This document shows, in pieces, positions 39,349 through 51,914 of a DNA stretch of 64,000 nt; position 1 is the stretch's first letter; the number at the start of each line of letters is the position of its first letter. The DNA comes from Octopus sinensis. Its lineage: Eukaryota. The translations under genes were made by a program, and so were the position numbers. The stretch is from assembly GCF_006345805.1 (NCBI RefSeq), contig NC_042997.1, positions 187,302,001 through 187,366,000 on the forward strand. Direction: 5' to 3'. Below the pieces are notes generated by a model. The model had not been told where the DNA came from. It searched no databases and saw only the letters and a program-made list of their open reading frames with translations.

Positions 39349-39565
39349 AAGGTGGCATGCTGGCAGAATTGTTTACACGTCAGGCAAAATGCTTAGCGGT
39401 ATTTCATCTGCCACAACATTCTGAGTTCAAATTTTGCCAAGGCCGACTTTGCCTTTCATCCTTTTGAAGTCAATTAAATAAGTACCTGTTACACCCTGGG
39501 GTCGATGTAACTGACTTAATCCCTTCCCCAAAATTTAAGGCCTTGTGTTTCCAGTCGAAAGGATG
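39349..39565 (+). mobile_element. SINE family C in (TTA)n
   Basis: Head GGTGGCATGCTGGCAGAA through tail. Confidence 0.85.
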
Positions 39566-39606
<41 letters not shown>

Positions 39607-39778
39607 GCATTCAACAGATTAGACTGTTGGAAAAGAAAAGAATCCTAACATTGGGCTACAATAAGTAACCTTGGATGCCAAGAACCCTCCTATTGGGTTA
39701 CAGAAAGTAACCCTAGATGCCAAGAACCCTCCTAAGTATTCTAGCTGTCCCTAATAACACTGTTTTCTGCAGCTTATC
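39607..39778 (-). pseudogene. very short Dong-like 3' end
   Basis: KLQKTVLLGTARILRRVLGI*; ~42-bp tandem duplication; (TAA)n tail. Confidence 0.75.
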
Positions 39779-39988
39779 ATCATCATCATCATTATTATTA
39801 TTATTATTATCATTATTATTATTTGTCACCACCCTCTTTCAAGGCAGGTTGGGTATAATGATACGACTAAAAATTTGCTGAAGTGGCGTCGTCTACAGAT
39901 ATTTCTTTGATGCTGAGTTGGGTGTGGTTATTGGTTGCCAGACATGCTTTCTTGCGGCTGATTGTTTTAACGAAACCAAAGTTCTGGA

Positions 39989-40218
39989 TTAACCTTGTAG
40001 CATTCACATTATTCTGTCAAAAGTAATACTCTTTTTTATTCACATTGTTTGGAATCAATCATGCATTATTATTGAGCTTGAAGATTTTGATGATGTGATT
40101 GATTATTTTTAGAATGACATTGTAGGGTTGGTGTGAAGGGCCAGATTTGGCCAGTTTGAGCATAAAACAGGCAGAATATTTTGGCTAGATGTGGCTGGTT
40201 TGAATACAAAAGAGTTAA
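39989..40218. mobile_element. TTAA-flanked MITE, complete
   Basis: TTAACCTTGTAGCATTC...GAATACAAAAGAGTTAA. Confidence 0.7.
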
Positions 40219-40396
40219 ACAAAGATTCAGATTAGGTCCCTGATATCAGGAATGTTGTCAGTCAATAACAGTTCTCTACTAGTTCAGTAATATGGCTAGT
40301 CTGATGTCAACCCTTGCACTCTATTGTGGATTAGTAGCAGACACGAATGATGGTATATACATTTGACAGATATTTGTCCTCATCTTGTTTGTTGTT

Positions 40397-40442
40397 AACT
40401 CAATGTTTCGGCTGATATACCCTTCAGCTTTCATCAGGTGTC
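40397..40442 (-). ncRNA. minimal hammerhead-like motif
   Basis: GACAC-CTGATGA-A-AGCTG-AAGGGTATAT-CAGCC-GAAA-CA-TT-GAGTT. Confidence 0.55.
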
Positions 40443-40554
40443 TTGGGGAAATTTTGAACCTGGGTTCTCATTCCTAAGGCATTTTTCTGATGTCATTATT
40501 ATTATTGTTATTATTATTATTATTATTATATTATTATTATTATTATTATTATTC

Positions 40555-40915
40555 CAACCACATGGTTCCGGGTTCAGTACCACTGCGTAGCACCTTGGGC
40601 AAGTGTCTTCTACTATAGCTTCAGGCTGACCAAGGCCTTGTGAGTGGATTTAGTAGACAGAAACTGAAAGAAGCCTGTCGTACATATGTATAAATAAAAA
40701 TATATATGTATGTGCGTGTGTATATGTTGTCCCCCCAACATCACTTGACAACTGATGCTGGTGTGTTAACATCCCAATAACTTAGCGGTTCAGCAAAAAA
40801 GGCCAATAGAATAAGTACTAGGCTTACAAAGAATAAGTCAGTTTGCTCAACTAAAGGTGGTGCTCCAGCATGGCCACGGTCAAATGACTGAAATAAGTAA
40901 AAGAGTAAAGAGTAA
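40555..40915 (+). mobile_element. SINE family A
   Basis: Slightly 5'-truncated copy. Confidence 0.88.
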
Positions 40916-41102
40916 GAATAATCTCAGGTTCAAGTTTATCCATGATTTATTCTATGGCAGCATTGACGAACATCTAAATGGGTAATAAATAGCTCAAGGT
41001 ATGTGATATCTTGTGAAGTCATGGAGAAAACTGACAGGGAAGATGACAAATATGATGTAAAACCCTGTACACATGTGAGCCTTTCTGTGGTTGGCTGCAT
41101 GC

Positions 41103-41524
41103 ATACCTATTTCTTTACTACCCACAAGGGACTAAACACAGAGGGGACAAACAAGGACAGACAAATGGATTAAGTCGATTACATCGACCCCAGTGCATAA
41201 CTGGTACTTAATTTATCGACCCGAAAAGGATGAAAGGCAAAGTCGACCTCGGCGGAATTTGAACTCAGAACGTAGCGGCAGACGAAATACCTATTTCTTT
41301 ACTACACACAAGGGGCTAAATACAGAGGAGACAAACAAGGACAGACAAACGGATTAAGTCGATTACATCGACCCTAGTGTGTAACTGGTACTGAATTTAT
41401 CGACCCCAAAAGGATGAAAGGCAAAGTCAACCTCGGCAGAATTTGAACTCAGAACGTAACGGCAGACGAAATATGGCTACGCATCTCCCCCAGTGTGCTA
41501 ACGTTTCTGCCAGTTCGCCGCCTT
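41103..41524 (-). mobile_element. SINE family C head-to-tail dimer
   Basis: 184-bp period; junction AATAGGTATT|TCGTCTGCC at ~41290. Confidence 0.9.
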
Positions 41525-42024
41525 GCATACATTCACGCAACTGATTTGTCACCACTGTTGCTATGTATGCATCTACCAGCTAAGTATGCACAAGTGGTTA
41601 GGTTCAACTTGTGTACTTAAGAGGCAGATTGCTGCCTCACATCGAGAGTAATGTGAGGGTAAAGAGGGAGATGCTACTTCCAAGTATATTTTACTGAAAA
41701 GTGGGCAACTGTAGAGAGTACGGTCCACATGAATGGCGTTGTTCTCAGCATGTGGATGCAGGCCAAGGAGCACAGCTGGCAGAGGGCTCTTGCTTTTGTC
41801 AGTAAGGATAGCCTGGCATCTGCGGAATTCCTCAGTTGACTCTATGTAGTTTGTCCTCCTATTACACAATATGTTTTTCTTTCATTTATTCTTTGGTCTT
41901 TATTCTGTTTTGTTTTTCACGCCTGCTTCCCATACTCAATTCTACAAGACCCTCCTCACTCACTGCCTTTCTGACTTGTCCTTGTAATGTCTACTATAAC
42001 CCCTGTAGTAATAAGATTGACATT

Positions 42025-42077
42025 GTTGTTATTATTGCCATTATTGTTATTATTATTATTATTAATATTATTATTAC

Positions 42078-42167
<90 letters not shown>

Positions 42168-42235
42168 TACCATTACTATTATTATTATTATTATTATTAT
42201 CATTATTATCATTATTATTATTATTATTATTATTA

Positions 42236-42278
<43 letters not shown>

Positions 42279-42300
42279 TATTATCATTAGTATTATTATC

Positions 42301-42332
<32 letters not shown>

Positions 42333-42347
42333 TATTATTATTATTAC

Positions 42348-42392
<45 letters not shown>

Positions 42393-42530
42393 CATTATTA
42401 TTATTATTATTATTATTATTGCTGTTGTTATTACTACCATCATCATCATCATCATCATCATTATTATTATCATTGTCAACGCCATCGTCGTTGTCATCAT
42501 CATCATCGTCATCGTTGTCATTATTATTTT
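42025..42530. repeat. (ATT)n microsatellite
   Basis: Direct. Confidence 0.95.
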
Positions 42531-43043
42531 ATGTATTTATTCATTTATTGCTTGTTTTTGCTGTCTTATTTTCTCTACGTGCCTTCATTGCATTACCAAT
42601 CGCGGATCTGTGTACTTTGCGTACATGAGGTGATTTGTTTTAGTTTTATATTTGTTTTCTATTGTATATTGAGGACTTACTTTACATAATATGTGTACAC
42701 TGCTTTATTTTCTGTGTTTTGAATAGGCATAAGTCCTGGGATCTGCATCGTTTGGTTGTTGTTCTTATTATTACTCTGTTTTGCTTTGTTTGGGCGGCAC
42801 ATACATATGTGTGTGTGTGTGTGTGTTGAATGTATATGTGTTGTGTGTGTATGTATTTATATATGTGTACATATAGATATATATGTGTGTGTGTGTGTTG
42901 AATATATATGTGTTGTGTGTGTATGTATATACGTGTATATATAGATATATATGCGTGTGTATGTGTGTTGAATATATATGTGTTGTATGTGTATGTATGT
43001 ATATATGTATATATATATATATAGATATATATGTGTGTGTCTG

Positions 43044-43074
<31 letters not shown>

Positions 43075-43199
43075 ATATATATATGTATATATATATAGAT
43101 ATGTGTGTGTGTGTGTGTGTATGTATGCATGTGTATGTGTGTATGTATATATGCACACACAGACACATCAACATCCATACATCTCTCTTTCTCTCTATC

Positions 43200-43253
<54 letters not shown>

Positions 43254-43352
43254 TCTACACACTCACACAGACACAGGCACACACAGACACACACATGCAC
43301 ATACACACACACACATGCACCCACACGCATGCACACACACAAAATCACACAG

Positions 43353-43399
<47 letters not shown>

Positions 43400-44139
43400 T
43401 ATATATAATGAATAAAACGATGCGTTTCTGAAGCAGCCAAAAGCTGAAAAAGCCCCTTGGGTAAAGAGCTGTAACAACAATTCAGTGTGTTGACATCTAG
43501 CTTCAAATGTAGAAAGGGCTACAGTCAAAGTGCATTTATGTGGGTGGTCTTCTTCTCTGCTGCATAAGAAAGAAGAAGAAACAAACACAAACCAGAAAGA
43601 GGGAGCTTTACAGAAGGTAAAATATGATAAAGTGATCAGGATTTGATTATGCAACATATCTGTTCAGCAGTGGTAGCAACTGGCTTAGTTCATGTATTCA
43701 TGTATAATGGATGATAGTACTCATAAGTTTGGGCATGGCTCAGGCATGGATGGTAGTGTGGTTAGCAAGTTTGTATTTGCAGATATATGGGTTCTGGGTT
43801 CAATCCTGCTGTGTGGTGGCACTTTGGCTAAGTATTGTTGAACCTTCTTTTTTTTTTGTTTTTTGTTTTTGTTTTTTTCTTTTTTGTTTTTAGTGTTCAG
43901 AAATAATTTTGTCTTGTACAATACTATTTAAGTGGAATTTGGTGGACCGAAAATATGCAGAAGGCATATTTCTGTGAGTGTGCTGGTATGTTTGTGTGTG
44001 TGCGTGTATATATATATATATGTATATGTAGGTATATATATGTATATATACCTATATATACATATATGTATATATGTATACATATATGTATATATGTATA
44101 CATATATGTATATATGTATACATATATGTATATATATAG

Positions 44140-44176
<37 letters not shown>

Positions 44177-44242
44177 AATTTTTTCCGTAATGGCATAAAG
44201 AACCAAGGGTGTGTAGATTTTAGAACATTTATAAATAGAAGG

Positions 44243-44288
44243 TCTTACAGCTGTTTCTAGGATATTTATTATATCCCTTCATCAGAGA
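44243..44288 (-). ncRNA. hammerhead-like motif with palindromic helix III
   Basis: TCT-CTGATGA-A-GGGATAT-AATAA-ATATCCT-A-GAAA-CAGCTG-TA-AGA. Confidence 0.55.
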
Positions 44289-44418
44289 TGGTGTGAGAAG
44301 ATGGTTAAACAATAGTTAATTTGGGCATGGCTCAGGCATGGTTGTGTGGTTAGCAAGTTTGGGTCTTTCTGATACCATTACCTCTCATAACCTCCCTCTC
44401 TCTCTCTCTCTCTCTATA

Positions 44419-44451
<33 letters not shown>

Positions 44452-44459
44452 CATACACA

Positions 44460-44676
44460 CCAGCGTTGCCTTACTGGCACCTGTGCCGGTGGCATGTAAA
44501 ATCGCCCACTACACTCTTGGGGTGGTTGGCGTTAGGAAGTGCATCCAGCTGTAGAAACTCTGCCAGATCAAGCTTGGAGCCTGGTGCAACCATCTGGTTC
44601 GCCAGCCCCCAGTCAAATCGCCCAACCCATGCTAGCATGGAAAGTGGACGTCAAACGATGATGATGATGACGATGA
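44460..44676 (+). mobile_element. RTE family D 3' end
   Basis: One unit plus tail plus (GAT)n. Confidence 0.85.
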
Positions 44677-44777
44677 TATTTCATTAAAAACACACACATA
44701 CACACATTCACACATACACAGACACATATACAGAAACAAACATACACACAAACACACACACACACATACACCCGCGT

Positions 44778-44808
<31 letters not shown>

Positions 44809-44956
44809 TATGGACCGCTAAAGCCCATGAAGCACTGCTAGAAGTAGATATAGTTTTCTATTTTCATCCATCCAGTCTTTGGATTTCTGTTTTGCTTTTG
44901 AAACATTCTCCCTTAAAAGCAATCCATCTAGGAAAGTAACATTTCCAAAATAAAAT

Positions 44957-44994
<38 letters not shown>

Positions 44995-45562
44995 TCACGC
45001 ACACATGCATACACATCAAGGTGAAATGGACTTTTAAGTCTTCACTTATATGTGATCTCTTTTCATTCTGTTGGCACAATAAATCCTTTCAGTTAATACC
45101 AGATAGCGGAATTGGATTCGGTAGTGAAAGATGACAAAAATATATAAATAACAAGAATGTAATCTCCCCAGTGAAATATCCATCAAGGGAAAATCTTGAG
45201 TCCAATTTTCATAATCAGAACACTGTTATTGCTGTTGATGACGAAGATGATGATGATAATACTGATGATGAAGGGGATGTTGATAATGATAATGATGATG
45301 ATAGTGATGGTTGTGGTGGTTGCAGTGATGATGGCGAAGACACGTGGTTTGCTTCTAAATGTACTTGTTTGGTGAATGAGTTGACTGGAGATCTTGTGTT
45401 GGCTCTAAAAAAATTGCATTCTGCTAGTTATTGTAATTATTAGGAATACACACATACACTGTGGCGTTAATTATTTTGGTTTTGTTATTAATAATAATAA
45501 TTATCTATGTTATTAAATATTAGATATATATATATATATATAAATTTATATAAATAACGATG

Positions 45563-45967
45563 AGATCGATATTTAAATACCGATCTTATCAGGTGACCAG
45601 CATGGAAATAAATACCTTTCAAAGGTAATAATTACTTAAAATTATAATTTAGGGTATCTAAGAGATACTTCCATGCTGGAAATAGCAGTCAAAACTTGAC
45701 TCTAAAACCACATTATATGTTCATACAGCACCAGGAGAGAAGACGAAGAGACAAAAATTTTTTTGTTAGTTTATTTTGTCACTTCATCTTCTCTCCCGGT
45801 GCTGTATGAACATATAATGTGGTTTTAGAGTTAAGTTTTGACTGCTATTTCCAGCATGGAGGTATCTCTTAGATACCCTAAATTATAATTTTAAATAATT
45901 ATTACGTTTGAAAAGTTTTTATTCCCATGCTGGCCACTTGATAAGATCGGTATTTAAATATCGATCT
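45563..45967. repeat. fold-back inverted repeat, ~190-bp arms (MITE-like)
   Basis: AGATCGATATTTAAATACCGATCTTATCA ... TGATAAGATCGGTATTTAAATATCGATCT; arms complementary almost throughout. Confidence 0.93.
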
Positions 45968-46000
45968 GGATTTGGTAGAAGAAACTGAAAGAAGCCTGTC

Positions 46001-46035
<35 letters not shown>

Positions 46036-46245
46036 TGAGTCTGTATTTGTTCCCTCACCATCGCTTGACAACTGATGTTGGTTTGTTTATTTCCCTGTAA
46101 CTTAGCGGTTTGGCAAAAGAGACTGATAGATTAAGTGCTAGGCTTAGAAAGAATAAGTTCTGTGGCTGATTTGTTCGACTAATGGTGGTGCTCCTGCATG
46201 GCCATAGTCAAATGACTGAAACATATAAAAGAATAAAAGAATATA
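45968..46245 (+). mobile_element. SINE family A, head missing, abutting the fold-back
   Basis: Starts at GGATTTGGTAGA. Confidence 0.85.
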
Positions 46246-46371
46246 TATGTATTTGTGTGTGTGTATGTCTATCTATATGTATACATATATGTATATATGT
46301 GTGTTTGTGTGTGTGTGTATATATATATATATATGTTTATGTGTGTGAGTGTGTATATATATATATACACG

Positions 46372-46572
46372 CCATGATAGATCGTTAGCCACTACACACA
46401 TTTTTTTCTCTCCTTGTTTCTCTCCTTGTTTTTTCTGTGTCCCTTTCTGTAGAAGAGCATAGGCTCGAAACATAAAAGACTTTTTCTATTCCTGAGCGTT
46501 ATACTAATACATCTGTTTGCTTTGTACACCACCAGTCTTCATTTTTTGTTTTTTCGTATACTCTCCCTATAT
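46372..46572 (+). mobile_element. second copy of the (TA)n-flanked hammerhead-bearing short repeat
   Basis: Motif CTTT-CTGTAGA-A-GAGC-ATAG-GCTC-GAAACATA-AAAG at 46443-46478. Confidence 0.6.
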
Positions 46573-46969
46573 ATATATATAAATGTATATGTATGTGTGT
46601 CTGTGTGTGTGTATTATTAATGAAGATGCTAAATTTCCCTTGAATATGTCTTCTGTATAAATAACATATAGTTTAGTCTAGGATAGCATACTTGGAATGT
46701 AATGACCTGAAATGAATTTTTAATGAACCAAATTTATACTTATAAGGAAGAGAAAATTAAGTATTAATGACAATTCCTGTCAATAAATACAAAGGTAAAA
46801 ACTGGTAGATATTTGATAGATTATGTTTCCTGAGGAGGAAACATGTCCAGAAATGTTATTCTTATGAAACATTAGACTCACCCACAATGCAATTCTTCTT
46901 CTCAATTTTGGCCTGTTAGGCTTTAAAGTTCTCTCCCTTAGCTGTTTTTGAGTAGAATTGTCATTAGTA

Positions 46970-47640
46970 TTGGTTTCCCATTTTGGCTCAAGGCCAGCAA
47001 TTTTGGGGTAGGGGAAGGGTTAAGTTGATTACATGTACACCAAAAATCAACTGGTACTTCTTTTATTGACCCCAAGGAGATGAAAGGCAAAGTCAACCTC
47101 AGTGGAATTTGAACTAAGAATGTAAAGACGGATGAAATGGCGATAAGCCTTTTGCCATGTGTGCTAACAGCTCTGCAAGCTCACCACCTTAGAGTTGTCA
47201 TTAATATTAGTTATGTTAAAGTGGCGAGCTGTCAGAAATGTTAGCATGCCAGGCAAAATGCTTAGCGGTATTTCATCTGTCTTTATGTTCTGAGTTCAAA
47301 TTCCACCTAGGGCAACTTTGCTTTTCATCCAATTGGGGTTGATTAATAAGGTACCAGTTGCATACTGGGGTTGATCTAATTGACTGGCTCCCTCCCCCAA
47401 AATTTCGGTCCTTGTGCCTAGAGGGGAAAAGAATATTAGTTACGTTAAGGCAGCGAGCTGGCAGAATCATTATCATGCTGGGCAAAATGCTTAGAGGTAT
47501 TTCATCTGTCTTAATGTTCCGAGTTCAATTTCCGCTGAAGTCAACTTTCCCTTTCATCATTTTGGGAGTCAATAAATTAAGTACCAGTTGTACCCCTCCC
47601 CTAAAATTTCGTGCCTTGTACCTAGAGTAGAAAAGAATAT
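46970..47640. mobile_element. cluster of three SINE family C copies (-,+,+)
   Basis: Family C core three times. Confidence 0.8.
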
Positions 47641-47748
47641 TAGTTATGTCGACCTCAGCAGAATTGATTTATTATAGATAATATCTTTCACTATTAATTG
47701 AATTACTTAATAGAGGTTTTGTCTCTTAATTCTATACATACATACATG

Positions 47749-47777
<29 letters not shown>

Positions 47778-47797
<20 letters not shown>

Positions 47798-48083
47798 CGT
47801 GATCATTACCAGCATCGCCTTACTGGCACCTGCATTAGTGGCATGTGTAAAAGATTCGAGAGAAGTCGTTGCAAGTGCCACCTGACTGGCCCCGTGCCAG
47901 TGGTACGTAAAAGCACCCACTACACTCTCGGAGTGGTTGGTGTTAGGAAGGGCATCCAGCTGTAGAAACTCTACCAGATCAAGATTGGAGCCTGGTGCAG
48001 CCATCTGGCTTGCCAGTCCTCAGTCATACGTCCAACCCATGCTAGCATGGAAACCGGATGTTAAACGATGATGATGATGATGA
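47778..48083 (+). mobile_element. RTE family D 3' end flanked by (TA)n
   Basis: Array plus tail. Confidence 0.85.
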
Positions 48084-48099
48084 TATATATATATATATA

Positions 48100-48265
48100 T
48101 ACGACAAGCTTCTTTCAGTTTCCATCCACCAAATCCACTCACAAGGCTTTGGTCAGCCCGAGGCTACAGTAGAAGACACTTGCCCAAGGTGCCATCCAGT
48201 GGGACTGGACCTGGGGACCATGTGGTTGGTAAGCAAGCTACTTACCACACAGCCACTCCTGTGCC
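48100..48265 (-). mobile_element. SINE family A head
   Basis: Family A head. Confidence 0.8.
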
Positions 48266-48523
48266 TATACTGACAATTCTACAAGCTCACCACCTTTGAG
48301 TTGTCTCTGTTGTTATTAATATTAACAGCTTTTCTTATTACTGGTTTAATTTCAATAGAGAAGGGAGATTTTTTTTTTCCACTTTTGTTCCTTCCATGAA
48401 GTATGTTAGCCTGCACTTAAGTATATTACTGTATCAACGCCTCTGCACGTGCACACACTGTGACCTTGTACCTTTGTTTGAAATCAATGCATCAGCATGA
48501 AGAAGCTGACATCAAGTAGTGGA

Positions 48524-48574
<51 letters not shown>

Positions 48575-48813
48575 TATCATCATCATTATCATCGTCGTCG
48601 TCATCGTTACTGTTAAGCATCAAGTTCTTTTGTTATACGACTAAGACCTTGTCAGTAACTGACACTTCATTGTATCTATTACAGTTGTGTGTCACCGAGA
48701 TTGTTATTGGAAAAACATCAATACTGATTGATCCTGGAAAACATTGAAATGGAGAGAGAGAGCAAAAAAAAAACAAAAAAAAAAGCTTATGCCAATACAC
48801 ACACACGTACTCA

Positions 48814-48867
<54 letters not shown>

Positions 48868-48869
48868 AT

Positions 48870-49012
48870 ACTCTTTACTCCCTCTTTTACTCTTTTACAT
48901 GTTTCAGTCATTTGACTGCGGCCATGCTGGAGCGCCGCCTTTAGTCGATCAAATCAACCCCAGGACTTATTTTTTGTAAGCCTAGTACTTATTCTATAGG
49001 TCTCTTAGTTTG
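48870..49012 (-). mobile_element. SINE family A tail
   Basis: Family A tail. Confidence 0.8.
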
Positions 49013-49247
49013 TGAAAGCCATGGCAACCATGTCCAATGAGATCGTCAGTGAGGTGAAGACTGGCAATAAACTCAACGAGTAATTTAACACACAGGTAGT
49101 ACTTGATGATGATGATGATGCTACTATGCTAATCACTTTGAATTTTTCCTTCAGGTACTACCTGATTAATTATGTGTGTGGCTGGTACATATCTTGCTTT
49201 GCTGAATGTATTCAACATCTCAGCAACTATCCATGACAATCCAACTA

Positions 49248-49813
49248 TTGGGTTGTCCGGAAAGTTCGGGCCGATTTTGAAAGGAGAGAAAAAGGTCAAT
49301 AAATACTTGCCATTACATTTTTAATCAACCAAATATGAACCATTTTGTTGCACAATGTGTCTCCATCTTTCCTTTATCTTGAAAATACCCTCTTCCCAGA
49401 ATTGAGGTGGTTTCATGGCAAAGAATTCATCAAGGTATCTTTTTACATCATCCAAGGAATTGAAATTTTTACCATTAAGACTATTCTGCAGAGACCTGAA
49501 TAAGTGGAAATCCGAAGGAGCAATATCTGGTGAATATGGAGGGTGGGGTAACACATCCCAGTCGAGCTGCAGCAATTTTTGTCTGGTTCCCAAAGCAACA
49601 AGTGCCAAAAATGAACTTTCTCATCTTCAATTTTAAAGGGTTACAGAATTAACACAGATTATAGGAACATAAACCTTCTTCCATGAAAAGATAGCTTAAA
49701 CTGTGCTCTAACTGGAGGTATAGTAAAATCCTATTTTATGGACTCAACCATGTTCTAAAATAAGTCGAAAGGTAAGCTACTATAAATTGGCATGAACTTT
49801 CCGGACAACCCAA
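49248..49813 (-). mobile_element. mariner deletion derivative (~566 bp), same structure as 4329-4892
   Basis: TIRs with TA TSDs; WDVLPHPPYSPDIAPSDFHLFRSLQNSL. Confidence 0.93.
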
Positions 49814-49904
49814 TACTTTCTGTACCTTTCATATCTTTAATGGTCATGTGAACCATATTTAACTGTAAATTTCACGAGCTGGTCTTTCCATTGAGTTTAC
49901 TTTT

Positions 49905-50087
49905 CTCTTCAGCATTCACATTGTTCTGCCAAATTTAATACATTTTTTTTTATTCACATTGTTTTGAATTAACCATGCATTATCATGTAGCTCGGAGATC
50001 TTGATGAAGCAACTGTTAATTTTTAGAATGATATTGTAGGGTTGGTGTGAGAGGCCAGATCTGGCCAGTTTGAACATAAAACAGGCT
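49905..50087. mobile_element. partial TTAA-MITE copy
   Basis: TTTTAGAATGATATTGTAGGGTTGGTGTGAGAGGCCAGATCTGGCC. Confidence 0.65.
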
Positions 50088-50099
50088 GACTTCTTTGGC

Positions 50100-50720
50100 G
50101 AGATAGTCTTCTCCCACATAATGCATTTTCCTCAAACCATCACCTTTATGTAGCAGTAATTTTGTACCACCTCCTTTTTGGAGTCCATGAGGGTTTGTGC
50201 ACCACTATCATTATATACACATGTTTCACTTGTAACATTCAAATTCTCATCTGATATGCTGCTTTGCAATGCAGAACAGCATATGCCTCCCATCCTAAAT
50301 CACAGAATATTGGCATATCTCTTACTTTCTGCTTCTCTCCTTGCTAATTATACCTGGTATCTTGTTTCTCTCCTAGTTACCTGATATTGTTCTTTACTTT
50401 TGTATTATTTCCAATCTCTTAGATTTTATGACTCTATCTTCCTCACCATTCCACCATCATGTCATCATATGTCTTGCTGGAACTTTGCTCTAGCAACAGA
50501 TTTGCTCTGTTGCCCACAACAGGTTTTCTTGTAGAAACTCCAAGATAACTTCTATGTTATCGTTCTTTAACTTCTCTGTCTCAACATAAGCATCGCCTTA
50601 GTTCTTTGAATTTATGAATATTTCAGTTTCCAAGACTTCCTTCTTCATGTTGTCTTTTGCTTTAGTCACTCGTCAATACTGAGTGGCAAATTCTTCACCG
50701 AAAAATGATTTAGTATTCAC
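50100..50720 (-). pseudogene. degenerate RTE LINE ORF2 linker region
   Basis: Frameshifted FLQENLLWATEQIC..SKVPARH..TWWW/WNG..CIAKQ..ENLNVTSETCVYNDSG..SKKE, typical of the RTE EN-RT linker. Confidence 0.6.
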
Positions 50721-50969
50721 AACTGGTTGCCTCTCCCATTTCCTGGTGTGTGTGTGATGTTTATCTTGCATGTGTGCTCACCTGAGAAGTAGGTATTCAG
50801 GTGGTGGCAAGGTAGGTATTCAGGTTTTGTAAACCAAAGTAAGCTTCTGTAAAGATTGGGTAAAAGAAGCAGGAAGTAAAATTTGTGCTTGCTTCACCTA
50901 CCAAACTTTGAAATGTTTAGATACAAATACAAACATTTTTGTACCAACCCATAGATACACATTCACTTA

Positions 50970-51010
<41 letters not shown>

Positions 51011-51390
51011 GCATATATATAAATACACACACATAGACTCACACAAACTCACAGAACTTCAGATACAGATGTAAACATCTATACAATTAGTGTGTATATA
51101 TAGACACAAATATTTGCATAAATGTTTATACATATATATACATATATATATATACATATATATATTCATATATATATATATATATACATATATATATTCA
51201 TATATATATATATACACACACACACTCACACACATACATACTTGCATAAATATGTGTATATATGTGTGGTCGCACACACACACACACACACACATATGGA
51301 TACATAAATGTTTATATATTGTATATAAGTATATTCATGTATGTATACTTGTTTACTTACAAGTGGGAATTCATAAATACATGCAGGAAC

Positions 51391-51422
<32 letters not shown>

Positions 51423-51914
51423 AACTAATTATTATTGATAATACAAATACAAAATAAATAAAATACAATTCATTAACAAAAAGAAAGAAAAGAAAAATTA
51501 TAATTAAAAAAGAATAAATAAAATAAAAAAAGCGCTTTTATTGTTATTAGAAGAATTTTGGAATTGGGTTGTAAGAAACTTTCTGAATTTTCTTATCAAA
51601 AGATTTCCTGCAAACACAAATGGCTTCTTTAAAATTAGTTTCTGATAAAGAGATAAAATATCTCCTAATGCATTGGAAGAAATATCACTGCAAAGTTGTT
51701 TCAATTCTTGGTACCTGCCTGCATGCCAGTCTGTCTGTTTCTCTGTTTGTTTGTCTTAGAATCAGTCAATCTGCAAGTCTTCTTTCCCGTCTGTTTGTCT
51801 TTCTGTCTATCTCTCTTTATACCTGTCTCTTGTTTTTCTTTATCTCTGTAACTTTCTGTTTCTCATACGTTAAAAACTGAGACAGCAATGAAATGACATT
51901 GAGATACTGAACTA

